DNA of 64,000 bases from Flavobacteriaceae bacterium (GTDB lineage: Bacteria > Bacteroidota > Bacteroidia > Flavobacteriales > Flavobacteriaceae). Where the stretch lies: contig PBWA01000038.1 of the NCBI GenBank assembly GCA_002728855.1, forward strand, positions 2,838-66,837, in the 5' to 3' direction. How positions within the stretch are numbered: the first letter of the stretch is position 1; each line of letters starts with the position of its first letter. Under the pieces are notes generated by a model. That model ran no database searches, was not told the origin of the DNA, and saw nothing but the letters and a program-made list of their open reading frames with translations. Of this stretch, positions 18,472-29,059 are shown piece by piece. The position numbers and the translations under genes are program-made.

Positions 18472-19925
18472 GAGTTTATTTTGCTTATTTGCCCTGTAAA
18501 TTTATCATAAAGCCAGTTAAAAGGTAATGATATGAAATCTAAATTGATACTTCCTTTATCAGATGAAGCTCTTTTGGTTAAAACATATGCAAAAGGAGAG
18601 AAAATTATAGTGGATACCCAACTAGCTATTAATGGAGATATACTATTATCCTCTGCAGCATTTTTAGCAAAAATACCTATGTAGTGATAGGAAAGAAAAA
18701 TAATTATTGATAAAACTAAGGGTAGACCCAATCCACCTTTTTTGATGATTGAACCAAGAGGAGCACCAATTAGAAAAAGTAAAATACATGAAAAAATTAT
18801 GGTGTATTTTTCATTAAGGGTAATTTTATGAAGATTTAATAGTTTCTGATAAAGAAAAAAAGTTCTTTTTTTGTCTTCTAAGTTTCTTATAGCTTCACCT
18901 ACACTATTTATAGCAAACTCAACAGATCTAAGTTTTCGCCATTTCATATCATCTTTAACAAAATTTAAAACATTTGAGTTTAAAATGGTGTCAATTTTAA
19001 ATGAATCCTCATCTAATAGTGTAATTTTATTTGTAAAGCTTTTCTTTAAAAAATTTTCACTAAAAATATCCCTTTTTTTTTCATATTCCTTTTCAAGAGA
19101 GTCAATACTTTCCTCAAGTTGATTTATTTTTTGCATTTTATAGGTTGAGGTATAGCTTTCTTTATTTAAATCTACATTATTAAATTCGGACAAATCAATA
19201 TTCATAATATATTCTTCAAAGCTTGTTTTCGTGTGATGATACCTTATTTTTTCAAGCGGCTTATTAGATAAAACTTCTTCATATCTATTTCCATCAAATA
19301 AAACTAATTGAAGATTAGCATCTGTTGTTTCGCTTCTTAATTCTCCTCGGGATGCTTTGATTACTATTCTATTTTTGTTATCAGATGTTTTCTCATGAAT
19401 TATAATATCTTCAAGTAATCTATCATCTTGCCCATATTTTTTATTGACTCTAATATTCATTCTTCCCAAATCATTGAAAACTCCTTCCCTAATAGCAATA
19501 GCAGGTTTTAATTTGGCAAGATTTCTTCTTAGATTAAAAGACTTTACCTCTGCAGATGGTATTACATTATTTGCAAAGAAATAACATCCTATCCCAAGAA
19601 ATATATGCAAAATAAAAAGAGGAGTTATACAACGAATCAGTGAAATACCAGAAGATTTAATTGCTGCAAATTCGTAGTTTTCAGAAAGTGAGCCAAATGT
19701 CATTAGTGAAGCAAGTAAAATTGATAGAGGTAAAATCAATGGAAATAATTTTGGCAAATAGTAAATTAAAAATTTAGAAATTATTGAAATGTCTAAACCT
19801 TTTCCAGCAAGTTCATCGAAAAAAAGCCAAAATGTTTGTATTACAAAAATTAGCATGCATATGCCAAATACACTGACAAGTCTTATTAAATATTCAGTAA
19901 TAATATATCGATCTAAGATTTTCAA
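18468..19925 (-). CDS. LptF/LptG (YjgP/YjgQ) LPS export permease
   Basis: MKILDRYI, LPLSILLASLMTFGSLSENYE..A.KSSGISL, IGAPLGSIIKKGG. Confidence 0.9.
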   Translation of the reverse strand: MKILDRYIITEYLIRLVSVFGICMLIFVIQTFWLFFDELAGKGLDISIISKFLIYYLPKLFPLILPLSILLASLMTFGSLSENYEFAAIKSSGISLIRCITPLFILHIFLGIGCYFFANNVIPSAEVKSFNLRRNLAKLKPAIAIREGVFNDLGRMNIRVNKKYGQDDRLLEDIIIHEKTSDNKNRIVIKASRGELRSETTDANLQLVLFDGNRYEEVLSNKPLEKIRYHHTKTSFEEYIMNIDLSEFNNVDLNKESYTSTYKMQKINQLEESIDSLEKEYEKKRDIFSENFLKKSFTNKITLLDEDSFKIDTILNSNVLNFVKDDMKWRKLRSVEFAINSVGEAIRNLEDKKRTFFLYQKLLNLHKITLNEKYTIIFSCILLFLIGAPLGSIIKKGGLGLPLVLSIIIFLSYHYIGIFAKNAAEDNSISPLIASWVSTIIFSPFAYVLTKRASSDKGSINLDFISLPFNWLYDKFTGQISKINS

Positions 19926-19941
19926 GTTCTACAATAAATTT

Positions 19942-20580
19942 TTATTCTATTATATAAAAATTAGGATATTCTTTTTTTTCAAACTGAAAAAAATTAATTG
20001 GTAATGAAACATTTGTTTTCATTTTTTCAATTGTTAATGTTGTTTGAGTTCCGTTATTTCCAATTTCAATTATTCGAAATAAATTCTTAGTATCTAAATC
20101 AACACCCACAAGTAAATATTGCACATCAGTATTTTCATCAACGGGGATAAGTTTAATGAATTGAATATTTTTATCACGAATGAATTGTTTAATATCCATT
20201 TGATAATCATAACCTTCCTTATAAAAACTCAGTAAATAGGATGGGCTAATAGTATAATTACTTAGTTCATCATCAGGGTTTGTTATTGTTATCTCTTCGT
20301 TTTCAGGAACGATTGTATATGTTAAATTACCATCATAAAGCTGAATTGCATCAAGGAAATTTAGTTTGTATAAATCTCCAGAGACAGTTATCTCTCCATA
20401 GGATTCTTGATTAATTTGCTCTTTGCGATTATTTAAAACATATGAAAAATCAAATTGAATTGATGAATATGAACTCATTTTTTCAGAAACTTGATTTAAC
20501 AAATTTTTTCCTTCAACAGATGTTTGAGAGTAAGAAAAATTATAAATAATGATTAAAAAAAATAAAACTCTATTACTCAT
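19942..20580 (-). CDS. lolA: Outer-membrane lipoprotein carrier LolA-like
   Basis: Signal peptide, LolA-like pattern (YDG...YTIVPENEEITI), located directly downstream of ftsK. Confidence 0.8.
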   Translation of the reverse strand: MSNRVLFFLIIIYNFSYSQTSVEGKNLLNQVSEKMSSYSSIQFDFSYVLNNRKEQINQESYGEITVSGDLYKLNFLDAIQLYDGNLTYTIVPENEEITITNPDDELSNYTISPSYLLSFYKEGYDYQMDIKQFIRDKNIQFIKLIPVDENTDVQYLLVGVDLDTKNLFRIIEIGNNGTQTTLTIEKMKTNVSLPINFFQFEKKEYPNFYIIE

Positions 20581-22894
20581 CTTGGTTCTTTAAAAATTGA
20601 TCTAGTGAATTAAGATCTGATATTAAAACTTGTCTTGCTTTACTTCCCTCAAATGGGCCAACAATTCCTGCTGCTTCCATTTGATCAATTATTCTTCCAG
20701 CTCTATTATAACCTAATTTAAGTTTTCTTTGTAATAATGAAGCGGAACCTTGTTGCGATGTGACAATTATCTCAGCAGCCTCTCTAAATAATTCGTCACG
20801 CTCTGAATCATCTATATCAATACTGCTTGTCTCTTCTCCAATATATTCAGGTAATAAATATGCTTGGGGATAAGCTTTTTGCCCTCCTATGAAATCAGTT
20901 ATTTTATCTACTTCGGGAGTATCGACAAAAGCACATTGAATTCTGACAAGATCATTTCCAACAGTATATAGCATATCTCCTCTTCCGATTAGCTGATCTG
21001 CACCGCCAGAATCTAGAATAGTTCTTGAATCAATTTTAGAAGTAACCCTAAATGCTATTCTAGCAGGAAAATTTGCCTTAATCAGACCAGTAATTACATT
21101 AACTGATGGTCTTTGAGTAGCAATTACCAGATGAATGCCAACTGCTCTGGCAAGTTGAGCTAATCTAGCTATTGGCGTTTCCACTTCTTTTCCAGCAGTC
21201 ATAAATAAATCAGCAAATTCATCAATAACAAGAACAATATATGGTAAATAATCATGCCCCTCAGTGGGCAGCAATCTTCTTTCACAAAACTTTTTATTAT
21301 ACTCTTTTATATTTCTACACATTGCAAGTTTTAAAAGTTCGTAACGATTATCCATTTCAGCGCAAAGAGAGTTTAGAGTTTTAATTATCTTTTTGCTATC
21401 AGTTATTATTGACTCTTCGGCATCAGGAAGCTTTGCTAGATAATGACGCTCTATTTTATTATATATGGTTAGTTCTACTTTTTTTGGATCAATTAATACA
21501 AATTTTACCTCTGCAGGATGTTTTTTGTATAAAAGAGAAGTAAGGATGGCATTTAAACCAACTGATTTTCCTTGACCTGTTGCACCTGCCATAAGAAGAT
21601 GTGGCATTTTGGTAAGGTCTACAACAAAAGTCTCATTACTAATATTTTTCCCCAGTGCAATTGGCAGTTCCATTTCAGCTTTTTGAAATTTTGTTGAGGA
21701 AATAACTGATCGCATTGAAACAATGCTTGAATTTTGATTAGGAACCTCTATACCAATTGTGCCTTTTCCAGGAATTGGAGCTATAATTCTTATGCCAAGT
21801 GCTGAAAGTGAAAGAGCAATATCATCCTCAAGGTTTTTAATTTTTGAAATACGAATTCCTGCTTCAGGAACAATTTCATATAATGTAACTGTCGGACCAA
21901 CAGTAGCTTTTATAGACGCAATACCAATTTTATAATTGTTTAAAGTCTCAAGAATTTTATCCTTATTTCTACCAAGTTCTTCTTGATCAACAGTAATTGT
22001 TCCTTCACCATACTCATTTAGCAGATTAAGATTGGGAAAAATATATTTACTTAGTTCTCTTTTAGGGTCAAGCGGACCTTGCTCTTTTAGTAGTTTTTTA
22101 GCTTGATTATCTGCAAGGGTTTCTTCAGTCACACCTGATTTGACTTCCATATTTACTTCATCCTTTCTTTTAAATTCACCAGGGGCATCATTTTTTTGAT
22201 AATTTGTATTATCATCAATTAGAGTATTTTTTACTTCAATTGATTCATTTTTATCAATCAATTCAGTAGTTTCTTGAGAATCCTCAACTGAAAATTGAGA
22301 TTTTTTAGAGTTTTCTTTTCGAAATAAACCCATAATTTTTTCTGGAGTAAATTTCCAATGTAAAACTATTATACAAATCCCAGAAAAAACTAGAAATGAA
22401 ATCAATCCAATAGGTCCAATATAAGATTTTGCTATGTCATTGATTTCAAAACCTACAGTTCCACTCAACAGGGGATAACTTTCAGAATAGAAAAAACCAA
22501 AAAAAACAGTTCCCCAAAGTATATAAGAAATCCCCCAACTCCATGTTTTTAAGAGGGATTTCTTTAATTTATTGAAAAATAAACTTACTCCTGTGTAGCA
22601 AAGTAGAAACGTAAAAATAAATGAAACTAATCCAAAAAGATCAAAAATAAAGAGGTGGCTGACCCAAGCACCTATCTTATTTAAAAGATTTTCAGATTGA
22701 ATTTGTCTGTCATTCAATGAATCAAGTGTGCTTTGATCGGTTTGCCAATTATAAAAATATGAACAAAAAGAGATAAATAGAAGAGTTCCTAGAATAAACA
22801 GAAAACTCCCAAATATTATTTCCCTACTACGATTTACGTTTATTGCGTCCTCAGAAAAATTTGATATTTCTAGGTCAGGATTGTTCTCAGTCAT
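20573..22894 (-). CDS. ftsK: DNA translocase FtsK
   Basis: N-terminal TM domain, MPHLLMAGATGQGKS, IDEFADL, ATQRPS, gamma domain LQRKLKLGYNRAGR. Confidence 0.97.
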   Translation of the reverse strand: MTENNPDLEISNFSEDAINVNRSREIIFGSFLFILGTLLFISFCSYFYNWQTDQSTLDSLNDRQIQSENLLNKIGAWVSHLFIFDLFGLVSFIFTFLLCYTGVSLFFNKLKKSLLKTWSWGISYILWGTVFFGFFYSESYPLLSGTVGFEINDIAKSYIGPIGLISFLVFSGICIIVLHWKFTPEKIMGLFRKENSKKSQFSVEDSQETTELIDKNESIEVKNTLIDDNTNYQKNDAPGEFKRKDEVNMEVKSGVTEETLADNQAKKLLKEQGPLDPKRELSKYIFPNLNLLNEYGEGTITVDQEELGRNKDKILETLNNYKIGIASIKATVGPTVTLYEIVPEAGIRISKIKNLEDDIALSLSALGIRIIAPIPGKGTIGIEVPNQNSSIVSMRSVISSTKFQKAEMELPIALGKNISNETFVVDLTKMPHLLMAGATGQGKSVGLNAILTSLLYKKHPAEVKFVLIDPKKVELTIYNKIERHYLAKLPDAEESIITDSKKIIKTLNSLCAEMDNRYELLKLAMCRNIKEYNKKFCERRLLPTEGHDYLPYIVLVIDEFADLFMTAGKEVETPIARLAQLARAVGIHLVIATQRPSVNVITGLIKANFPARIAFRVTSKIDSRTILDSGGADQLIGRGDMLYTVGNDLVRIQCAFVDTPEVDKITDFIGGQKAYPQAYLLPEYIGEETSSIDIDDSERDELFREAAEIIVTSQQGSASLLQRKLKLGYNRAGRIIDQMEAAGIVGPFEGSKARQVLISDLNSLDQFLKNQDE

Positions 22895-22978
22895 TTAATA
22901 ATGATATATACAAAAATACAAATTCAACTCATAAGAAATCATAAGAACTCAAATCTATTTTATGACTCTTTATTTGGG

Positions 22979-24445
22979 TTAATTTAATTTATTTGAAATC
23001 ATCTTAATCTTTATTTTAAATGCAGCATAAAAAAGAGTCATTAAGGGACTTATCCAGTTAAATATAGCATAAAAGAAATAATCTGCTACAGATACGCCTA
23101 AAACTCCAGCTTGATATGCTCCACATGTATTCCAAGGAATTAATACTGAAGTTACAGTGCCAGAATCTTCAAGTGTTCTGCTCAGGTTTTCAGGAGAAAG
23201 TCTTCTTTGCTTATAAGCTTTAGCAAACATTTTTCCTGGTATAACAATTGAAAGATATTGGTCAGATGCAGTAAGATTAACAGTAAGACATGATGCCAGA
23301 GTACTTGCAAACAATTTAAATGTGGACTCAGCCCAGGCTAGGAATTTTTGACTTATAGTCTTAAGCGCACCAATTGCATCCATTGCTCCTCCAAAAACCA
23401 TTGCACATATTATTAACCAAATCGTATTCAACATTCCTTTCATTCCGCCTGAATAAAAAAGATCATTCAATAATTCATTTGATGTTATAATTTGTGTTTC
23501 AACAGTTATGGCGTTAATAATCGTTTGATATGCTGAATAAAAAGTTAATTGATTTGCTTCAGATAATTCAATAATAATTTTTGGCTGAAGTATCAATGAA
23601 AATAATCCACCTAATAGAGTTCCTATAAAAAGAGCAATTAATGGTGGTGCTTTTCTAGTTATTGAATAAATTACTACAGCTGGAACAATGAAAACAATAG
23701 GAGATATATTAAACTTTTCTTCAATAGATTTAAGAAGATTTATTGTTTCAGTATTTCCATTAATATCTTGAGAGAAACCGATGATAAATAAAATAATAAT
23801 TGTAATTAATATACTGGGAACAGTTGTATAAGTCATGTACTTGATATGCTGAAATAATTTAGCCCCAGATACAGCAGGAGCAAGATTTGTTGTATCACTC
23901 AACGGTGAAAGTTTGTCACCAAAATATGCGCCTGAAATTGCAGCACCAGCAACAATACCTGGAGGTAAGCCTAATGCTTTTCCAATACCAATTAAAGCTA
24001 CTCCAATAGTTGCTGAAGTACTCCAGCTGCTTCCTGTAGCAAGTGAAACAAGAGCACACAATATAACACATGCAGGTAAAAAGATACTAGGGTGTATTAT
24101 TAGTAATCCATAATATATCATTGCTGGTATAATACCACTTATTAACCATGTTCCTGCAAGTGCACCAACAAATAAAAGTATCAATATAGCACCAGTAACA
24201 GAATACAAGTTTTTTCCGATTTTTTTTATTATGAGCTTATAACTAATTTTATTAATAAAACCAATCAGAATTGCTATTGAAGCTCCGATCAATAAAATAA
24301 ATTGATTAGATCCATCAAGAGAGTCATCTCCAAACACATAAACATTGTAAGTAAGTAAAATAATAAGGAAAATAATTGGAGTAAGAGATTGAAGTAATGA
24401 AAGTCTTTTCAATATTTTAAGTTTTGAATCAACAAGGTAAGTCAT
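22979..24445 (-). CDS. nhaC: Na+/H+ antiporter NhaC family
   Basis: ATGSSWST, GAYFGDKLSPLSDTTNLA, SRTLEDSGT. Confidence 0.92.
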   Translation of the reverse strand: MTYLVDSKLKILKRLSLLQSLTPIIFLIILLTYNVYVFGDDSLDGSNQFILLIGASIAILIGFINKISYKLIIKKIGKNLYSVTGAILILLFVGALAGTWLISGIIPAMIYYGLLIIHPSIFLPACVILCALVSLATGSSWSTSATIGVALIGIGKALGLPPGIVAGAAISGAYFGDKLSPLSDTTNLAPAVSGAKLFQHIKYMTYTTVPSILITIIILFIIGFSQDINGNTETINLLKSIEEKFNISPIVFIVPAVVIYSITRKAPPLIALFIGTLLGGLFSLILQPKIIIELSEANQLTFYSAYQTIINAITVETQIITSNELLNDLFYSGGMKGMLNTIWLIICAMVFGGAMDAIGALKTISQKFLAWAESTFKLFASTLASCLTVNLTASDQYLSIVIPGKMFAKAYKQRRLSPENLSRTLEDSGTVTSVLIPWNTCGAYQAGVLGVSVADYFFYAIFNWISPLMTLFYAAFKIKIKMISNKLN

Positions 24446-24521
24446 TTTTTAATACTAAATCATCTTATTTGTAGGTCAAAGAATTAAACATTTGTATTTT
24501 TGATCTGATAAATATTGTATT

Positions 24522-25922
24522 ATGAAGACATTTGATGTAGCAGTAATTGGATCTGGCCCTGGTGGTTATGTTTCAGCCATTCGCTGTGCTCAATTAGGTA
24601 TGAAAACCGCTTTAATTGAAAAGTATAATAGTTTAGGGGGAACATGTCTTAACGTTGGTTGTATCCCCTCTAAATCCCTATTAGATTCTTCACACCACTA
24701 TGAAGAAGCATTAAAGAATTTTTCTAATCATGGGATTAATATTTCTGGAAAAATTCAACTAGATTTTCAAAAAATGATTTCCAGAAAAACTGAGGTTGTA
24801 GATCAAACGACCAAGGGGATCAATTTTTTAATGGATAAGAATAATATTTCTGTTTTTCAAGGATTGGGATCATTTTCTAGTCCAACAAAAATTGAAATTA
24901 AAGGAAAGAAAAATGAATTTGTTGAGGCAAAAAACATTATCATTGCAACCGGCTCAAAACCTGCTTCTCTACCGTTTATTAAGATTGATAAAGAAAGAAT
25001 TATTACCTCTACAGAAGCATTGTCATTAAAAGAAATTCCAAAAAAGCTTATAATTATTGGAGGAGGGGTTATTGGCCTTGAATTAGGGCAAGTATATTGC
25101 AGATTAGGATCTGAAGTTTCAGTCATAGAATATGCAGATAGAATTTTACCTATAATGGATAGTTCATTATCTAGAGAGCTTATGAAAGTAATGAAGAAAC
25201 AGAATGTCAACTTTTATTTGTCTCACGAGGTTAAAAAGGTTGATAGGCATAAAGAAAATATTATTGTTAAAGCATTAGATTCGAAAGGAAATGAGATAGT
25301 TTTCGAAGGAGATTATTGTCTCGTTTCTGTTGGGCGAAAACCCTATATTGAGGGACTTTCTCCCGAGAACGCAGGCATAAAAGTTAATGATAAAGGACAA
25401 ATTGAGGTAAATGAAAAACTACAGACATCAACTGAAAATATTTATGCAATAGGGGATGTCGTTAGAGGAGCCATGCTAGCTCATAAAGCTGAAGAAGAAG
25501 GAGTCATGGTAGCTGAAATTTTAGCCGGACAAAAGCCACATATTGATCACAATCTCATACCTAATGTAGTTTATACATGGCCTGAAGTAGCTTCCGTTGG
25601 CAAGTCTGAAGAAGAGCTTATTGGAGAAGGTGTAAAATTTAAAAAAGGTCAATTCCCAATGCGAGCACTAGGTCGAGCAAGAGCTAGTATGGATACTGAT
25701 GGTTTTGTAAAAATACTTGCTGATCAATCAACTGATGAAATTTTAGGGATGCATATTATAGGAGCTAGAGCCGCTGATCTAATTGCTGAAGGAGTAACAG
25801 CTATGGAGTTTAGAGCCTCTGCCGAGGATATTGCTAGAATCAGTCACTCTCACCCTACCTATGCAGAGGCTATAAAGGAAGCTGCGTTGGCAGCAACTGA
25901 AAATAGACCGTTACATATTTGA
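24522..25922 (+). CDS. lpdA: Dihydrolipoyl dehydrogenase
   Basis: GSGPGGY, GGTCLNVGCIPSK, HSHPTYAE. Confidence 0.97.
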   Translation: MKTFDVAVIGSGPGGYVSAIRCAQLGMKTALIEKYNSLGGTCLNVGCIPSKSLLDSSHHYEEALKNFSNHGINISGKIQLDFQKMISRKTEVVDQTTKGINFLMDKNNISVFQGLGSFSSPTKIEIKGKKNEFVEAKNIIIATGSKPASLPFIKIDKERIITSTEALSLKEIPKKLIIIGGGVIGLELGQVYCRLGSEVSVIEYADRILPIMDSSLSRELMKVMKKQNVNFYLSHEVKKVDRHKENIIVKALDSKGNEIVFEGDYCLVSVGRKPYIEGLSPENAGIKVNDKGQIEVNEKLQTSTENIYAIGDVVRGAMLAHKAEEEGVMVAEILAGQKPHIDHNLIPNVVYTWPEVASVGKSEEELIGEGVKFKKGQFPMRALGRARASMDTDGFVKILADQSTDEILGMHIIGARAADLIAEGVTAMEFRASAEDIARISHSHPTYAEAIKEAALAATENRPLHI

Positions 25923-25924
25923 TT

Positions 25925-27211
25925 TTACTTATTAAAAATCCTTAGCATTTTATCATTAATTTCATTTAGACTCAAATTACCTATGCTTCCTATATGAGTA
26001 TGACTAATTTTACCGGATGGCTTGTATTTTTTGGATTTAATTTCTTCTTTGATCTTTAGGTAAGCATCCCTAAAAGGCATTCCATCTTTTGCATATTCAT
26101 TGAGCGAATCAACGCTAAAAATATTTTTGTATTTAGGATCTTTAAGTATATTTTTTTTGACTTTTATATTCTTAAGGCTCTCAGTAAATATTATTATGCA
26201 TTGTTTAATTTCTAAAACTGCTTCAATTATGGGGCCCTTAGCTAATTGCATTTCCCTATGATATCCACTAGGTAGATTTGCTGTAAGCATCGTCATTTGA
26301 GTCGGTAAACTTTTCAAAATGTTACACTTTCCTCTAATCAATTCAAAAACATCAGGATTTTTTTTGTGGGGCATTATACTTGACCCAGTTGTTATATCAT
26401 TAGGGAATGAAATAAAATCATATTCTTTTCCCATGTAAAGACAAATATCCATCGCAAATTTAGACAAAGTATTAGCTAAAGAAGCAATTGCATTTGAGGT
26501 TGTTAATTCAACTTTACCTCTACTAATTTGAGCAGCCATTGAATTGTATTTTAAGTAATCAAATTTGAGCTCTTTTGTTGTTTTGATTCGATCAATATCA
26601 AATGAAGTACCAAAACCTGCTGCACTTCCTAAAGGGTTTTGATTAACAAAAAATTTAGCAAGATTCAAAAATTCAATATCGTCAATTAAACTTTCTGCAT
26701 ATGCAGAAAACCATAATCCAAAGGAGCTAGGCATTGCAATTTGAAAATGTGTATATCCAGGCATTAAATAATTTTTATTTCTTTTAGCCAGAACAATTAA
26801 TAGATCAAAAAATTTTTTAGTTAAAAGTTTAATATCATTTAATTCCTTTTTTAAATATAGTTGAAGTGCTACTAGAATTTGGTCATTTCTTGATCTTCCT
26901 GTATGAATTTTTTTTCCCAAGTCACCAAGTTTATTTGTCAATTCATATTCAATTTTTGAATGAATATCTTCAAAATCATCTTCAATTAAAAGTTCTCTTT
27001 TTGCAGATTTAATTTTAATTTTTTCAAGTTCGTTGACAACTTTATTTAATTCATTTTTAGTAAATACACCAATTTTTTGTAGCATTTTTGCATGAGCAAT
27101 TGATGCCAGGCAGTCATATTCAGCAAGAAATAAATCATAATAAGTATCTTTCCCTATAGTGAAAGAATCTAGTTTTTTATTAGTTGAATTTTTATTATCC
27201 CAAAGTTTCAT
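25925..27211 (-). CDS. argH: Argininosuccinate lyase
   Basis: HTGRSRNDQ, MPGYTHFQ, GSSIMPHKKNPD. Confidence 0.96.
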   Translation of the reverse strand: MKLWDNKNSTNKKLDSFTIGKDTYYDLFLAEYDCLASIAHAKMLQKIGVFTKNELNKVVNELEKIKIKSAKRELLIEDDFEDIHSKIEYELTNKLGDLGKKIHTGRSRNDQILVALQLYLKKELNDIKLLTKKFFDLLIVLAKRNKNYLMPGYTHFQIAMPSSFGLWFSAYAESLIDDIEFLNLAKFFVNQNPLGSAAGFGTSFDIDRIKTTKELKFDYLKYNSMAAQISRGKVELTTSNAIASLANTLSKFAMDICLYMGKEYDFISFPNDITTGSSIMPHKKNPDVFELIRGKCNILKSLPTQMTMLTANLPSGYHREMQLAKGPIIEAVLEIKQCIIIFTESLKNIKVKKNILKDPKYKNIFSVDSLNEYAKDGMPFRDAYLKIKEEIKSKKYKPSGKISHTHIGSIGNLSLNEINDKMLRIFNK

Positions 27212-27219
27212 AATTTCAT

Positions 27220-28284
27220 TTATTTAATTAGGAAAATTTTTAACATTTTAATATATATCTCTATCCCCTCTTTAATTTCATTGACATAGATATATTCATT
27301 AGCAGTATGAGATCTTGTGGAAAGTCCAGGACCCATTTTTAATGAGGGGCAATTCAAAGAGGCTTGGTCTGAAAGAGTTGGAGATCCATATGTTTTTCTG
27401 CCAAGTTTAATACCTGATTTAATTAGCTCATGATCTTTATTAATTGAAGAAGAACCAAGTCTTAGCGACCTTGGTGTTAATTTGCAAGGAGCTTTTTCAA
27501 TTAATATCTCGGAGATTTCTTCATTGCTATACATATCATTTACACGAACATCAATAACTAGATTAACTTTTGCAGGCACGACATTATGTTGAACTCCCGC
27601 TTCAACTTGTGTTACAGTTATTTTTACAGGACCTAATAAATCGGATTTTTTATCAAATGAAAAATTATTAAACCAATTTAAAATTTTAGGTAATTTCATA
27701 ATCGAACTATCATGATTTTCATGAGCAGCATGACTTGGTTCACCATTAATGACCCCATCAAACACAATAAGTCCTCTTTCTGCAATGGCTAAATTCATTT
27801 CTGTGGGTTCCCCTACAATTGCCAAATCAATTTTAGGAAGTTTAGGGATTAAGCTACTTAATCCATTTTTTCCAGCAACCTCTTCTTCCCCTGTTGCTGC
27901 AATAATTATATTGTATTTTAGATTGTCATAGTCATAGTAGAAAGTGAATAAAGCTATCAGAGAAACTAATGCTCCTCCGGCATCATTACTTCCTAGTCCA
28001 AATAATTTGCCATCTTCAATTTCAGCCTTATAAGGGTTTTTTGTGTATGCAGAATTAGGTCTAACCGTATCATGATGGGAGTTTAAAAGAAGAGTAGGTT
28101 TATTGGGGTCATAAAATTTGTTTTTCGCCCATACATTGTTATTTGTTCTTTTATAATCTATTTTATTGTCTAAAAACCATTTTTCAATTCTATTTGCAGT
28201 TTTATCCTCCATTCCGGAGAATGATTTAATACTTATCAAGTCCTTTAATAAGTCAACAGCTTTTTCTTTAAGTTCTTTTTTCAT
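27220..28284 (-). CDS. argE: M20 family deacylase (N-acetyl/N-succinyl-citrulline or ornithine)
   Basis: LNSHHDTV, GLGSNDAGG, GEEE, VGEPT, SHTANE. Start moved to ATG 28284 to avoid overlap with argB. Confidence 0.85.
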   Translation of the reverse strand: MKKELKEKAVDLLKDLISIKSFSGMEDKTANRIEKWFLDNKIDYKRTNNNVWAKNKFYDPNKPTLLLNSHHDTVRPNSAYTKNPYKAEIEDGKLFGLGSNDAGGALVSLIALFTFYYDYDNLKYNIIIAATGEEEVAGKNGLSSLIPKLPKIDLAIVGEPTEMNLAIAERGLIVFDGVINGEPSHAAHENHDSSIMKLPKILNWFNNFSFDKKSDLLGPVKITVTQVEAGVQHNVVPAKVNLVIDVRVNDMYSNEEISEILIEKAPCKLTPRSLRLGSSSINKDHELIKSGIKLGRKTYGSPTLSDQASLNCPSLKMGPGLSTRSHTANEYIYVNEIKEGIEIYIKMLKIFLIK

Positions 28285-28285
28285 C

Positions 28286-29059
28286 TTATAACTTAACTTT
28301 AGTATAAGGCTCATTTCCGCTAATAATTTTTGGCGACCCTATTTTAACTATTTCAACACCGTTAACCAATGCATTAAAACAATTATCAATTTTTGGAATC
28401 ATCCCTGATTTAATAATTCCTTTTGACTTTAAGTTTAAATATGAAGCAGGAGTAATTAATTCAACTAATTTTTCTTCTGATTCATCAATTTTTAAAACAC
28501 CTATTTTTTCAAAACAATATAATAAAGAAACACTATAGAGTTTTGATAGTTCAATTGCTAAAGCTGATGCAATAGTATCAGCATTTGTATTTAAAAGTTG
28601 ACCGTTCCCATCATGAGATATAGCGCAGCATACAGGTGTTATTTTGTTTTCAAGTAATAATTTAAATAGATCAGTATTTATTTTATCAATATCCCCAACA
28701 AATCCATAATCAATTTCTTTAATTGGTCTTTTAACAGCTGATATTGAATTACCATCAGCCCCAGAAATTCCTATTGCATTGCAATTCAAGCCCTGGAGCT
28801 TACCGACAATAAATTTATTTATTTTTCCGGCATAAATCATTGTTGTTACTTCCAGACTTGATAAATCTGTAATTCTTCTACCATCAATTATATTTACATT
28901 AACACCTAATTTTTTAGCTAGATTTGATGCATCTTTTCCTCCTCCATGAACTAAAATTTTACCTCCTTTTAATTTTGCAAAATCATTGAGAAAACTATCA
29001 AACAAAATAGAATCTTCAATAACATTACCTCCAATTTTAATAACCTTAAGCTCATTCAT
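28286..29059 (-). CDS. argB: Acetylglutamate kinase
   Basis: VIKIGGN, VHGGG, GRRITD, NTNAD, GMIPK. Confidence 0.95.
   Translation of the reverse strand: MNELKVIKIGGNVIEDSILFDSFLNDFAKLKGGKILVHGGGKDASNLAKKLGVNVNIIDGRRITDLSSLEVTTMIYAGKINKFIVGKLQGLNCNAIGISGADGNSISAVKRPIKEIDYGFVGDIDKINTDLFKLLLENKITPVCCAISHDGNGQLLNTNADTIASALAIELSKLYSVSLLYCFEKIGVLKIDESEEKLVELITPASYLNLKSKGIIKSGMIPKIDNCFNALVNGVEIVKIGSPKIISGNEPYTKVKL

Noticed and set aside
22929..22968. TCATAAGAA tandem and weak hairpin between nhaC and ftsK
   Set aside because: Short and AT-rich; expected by chance.
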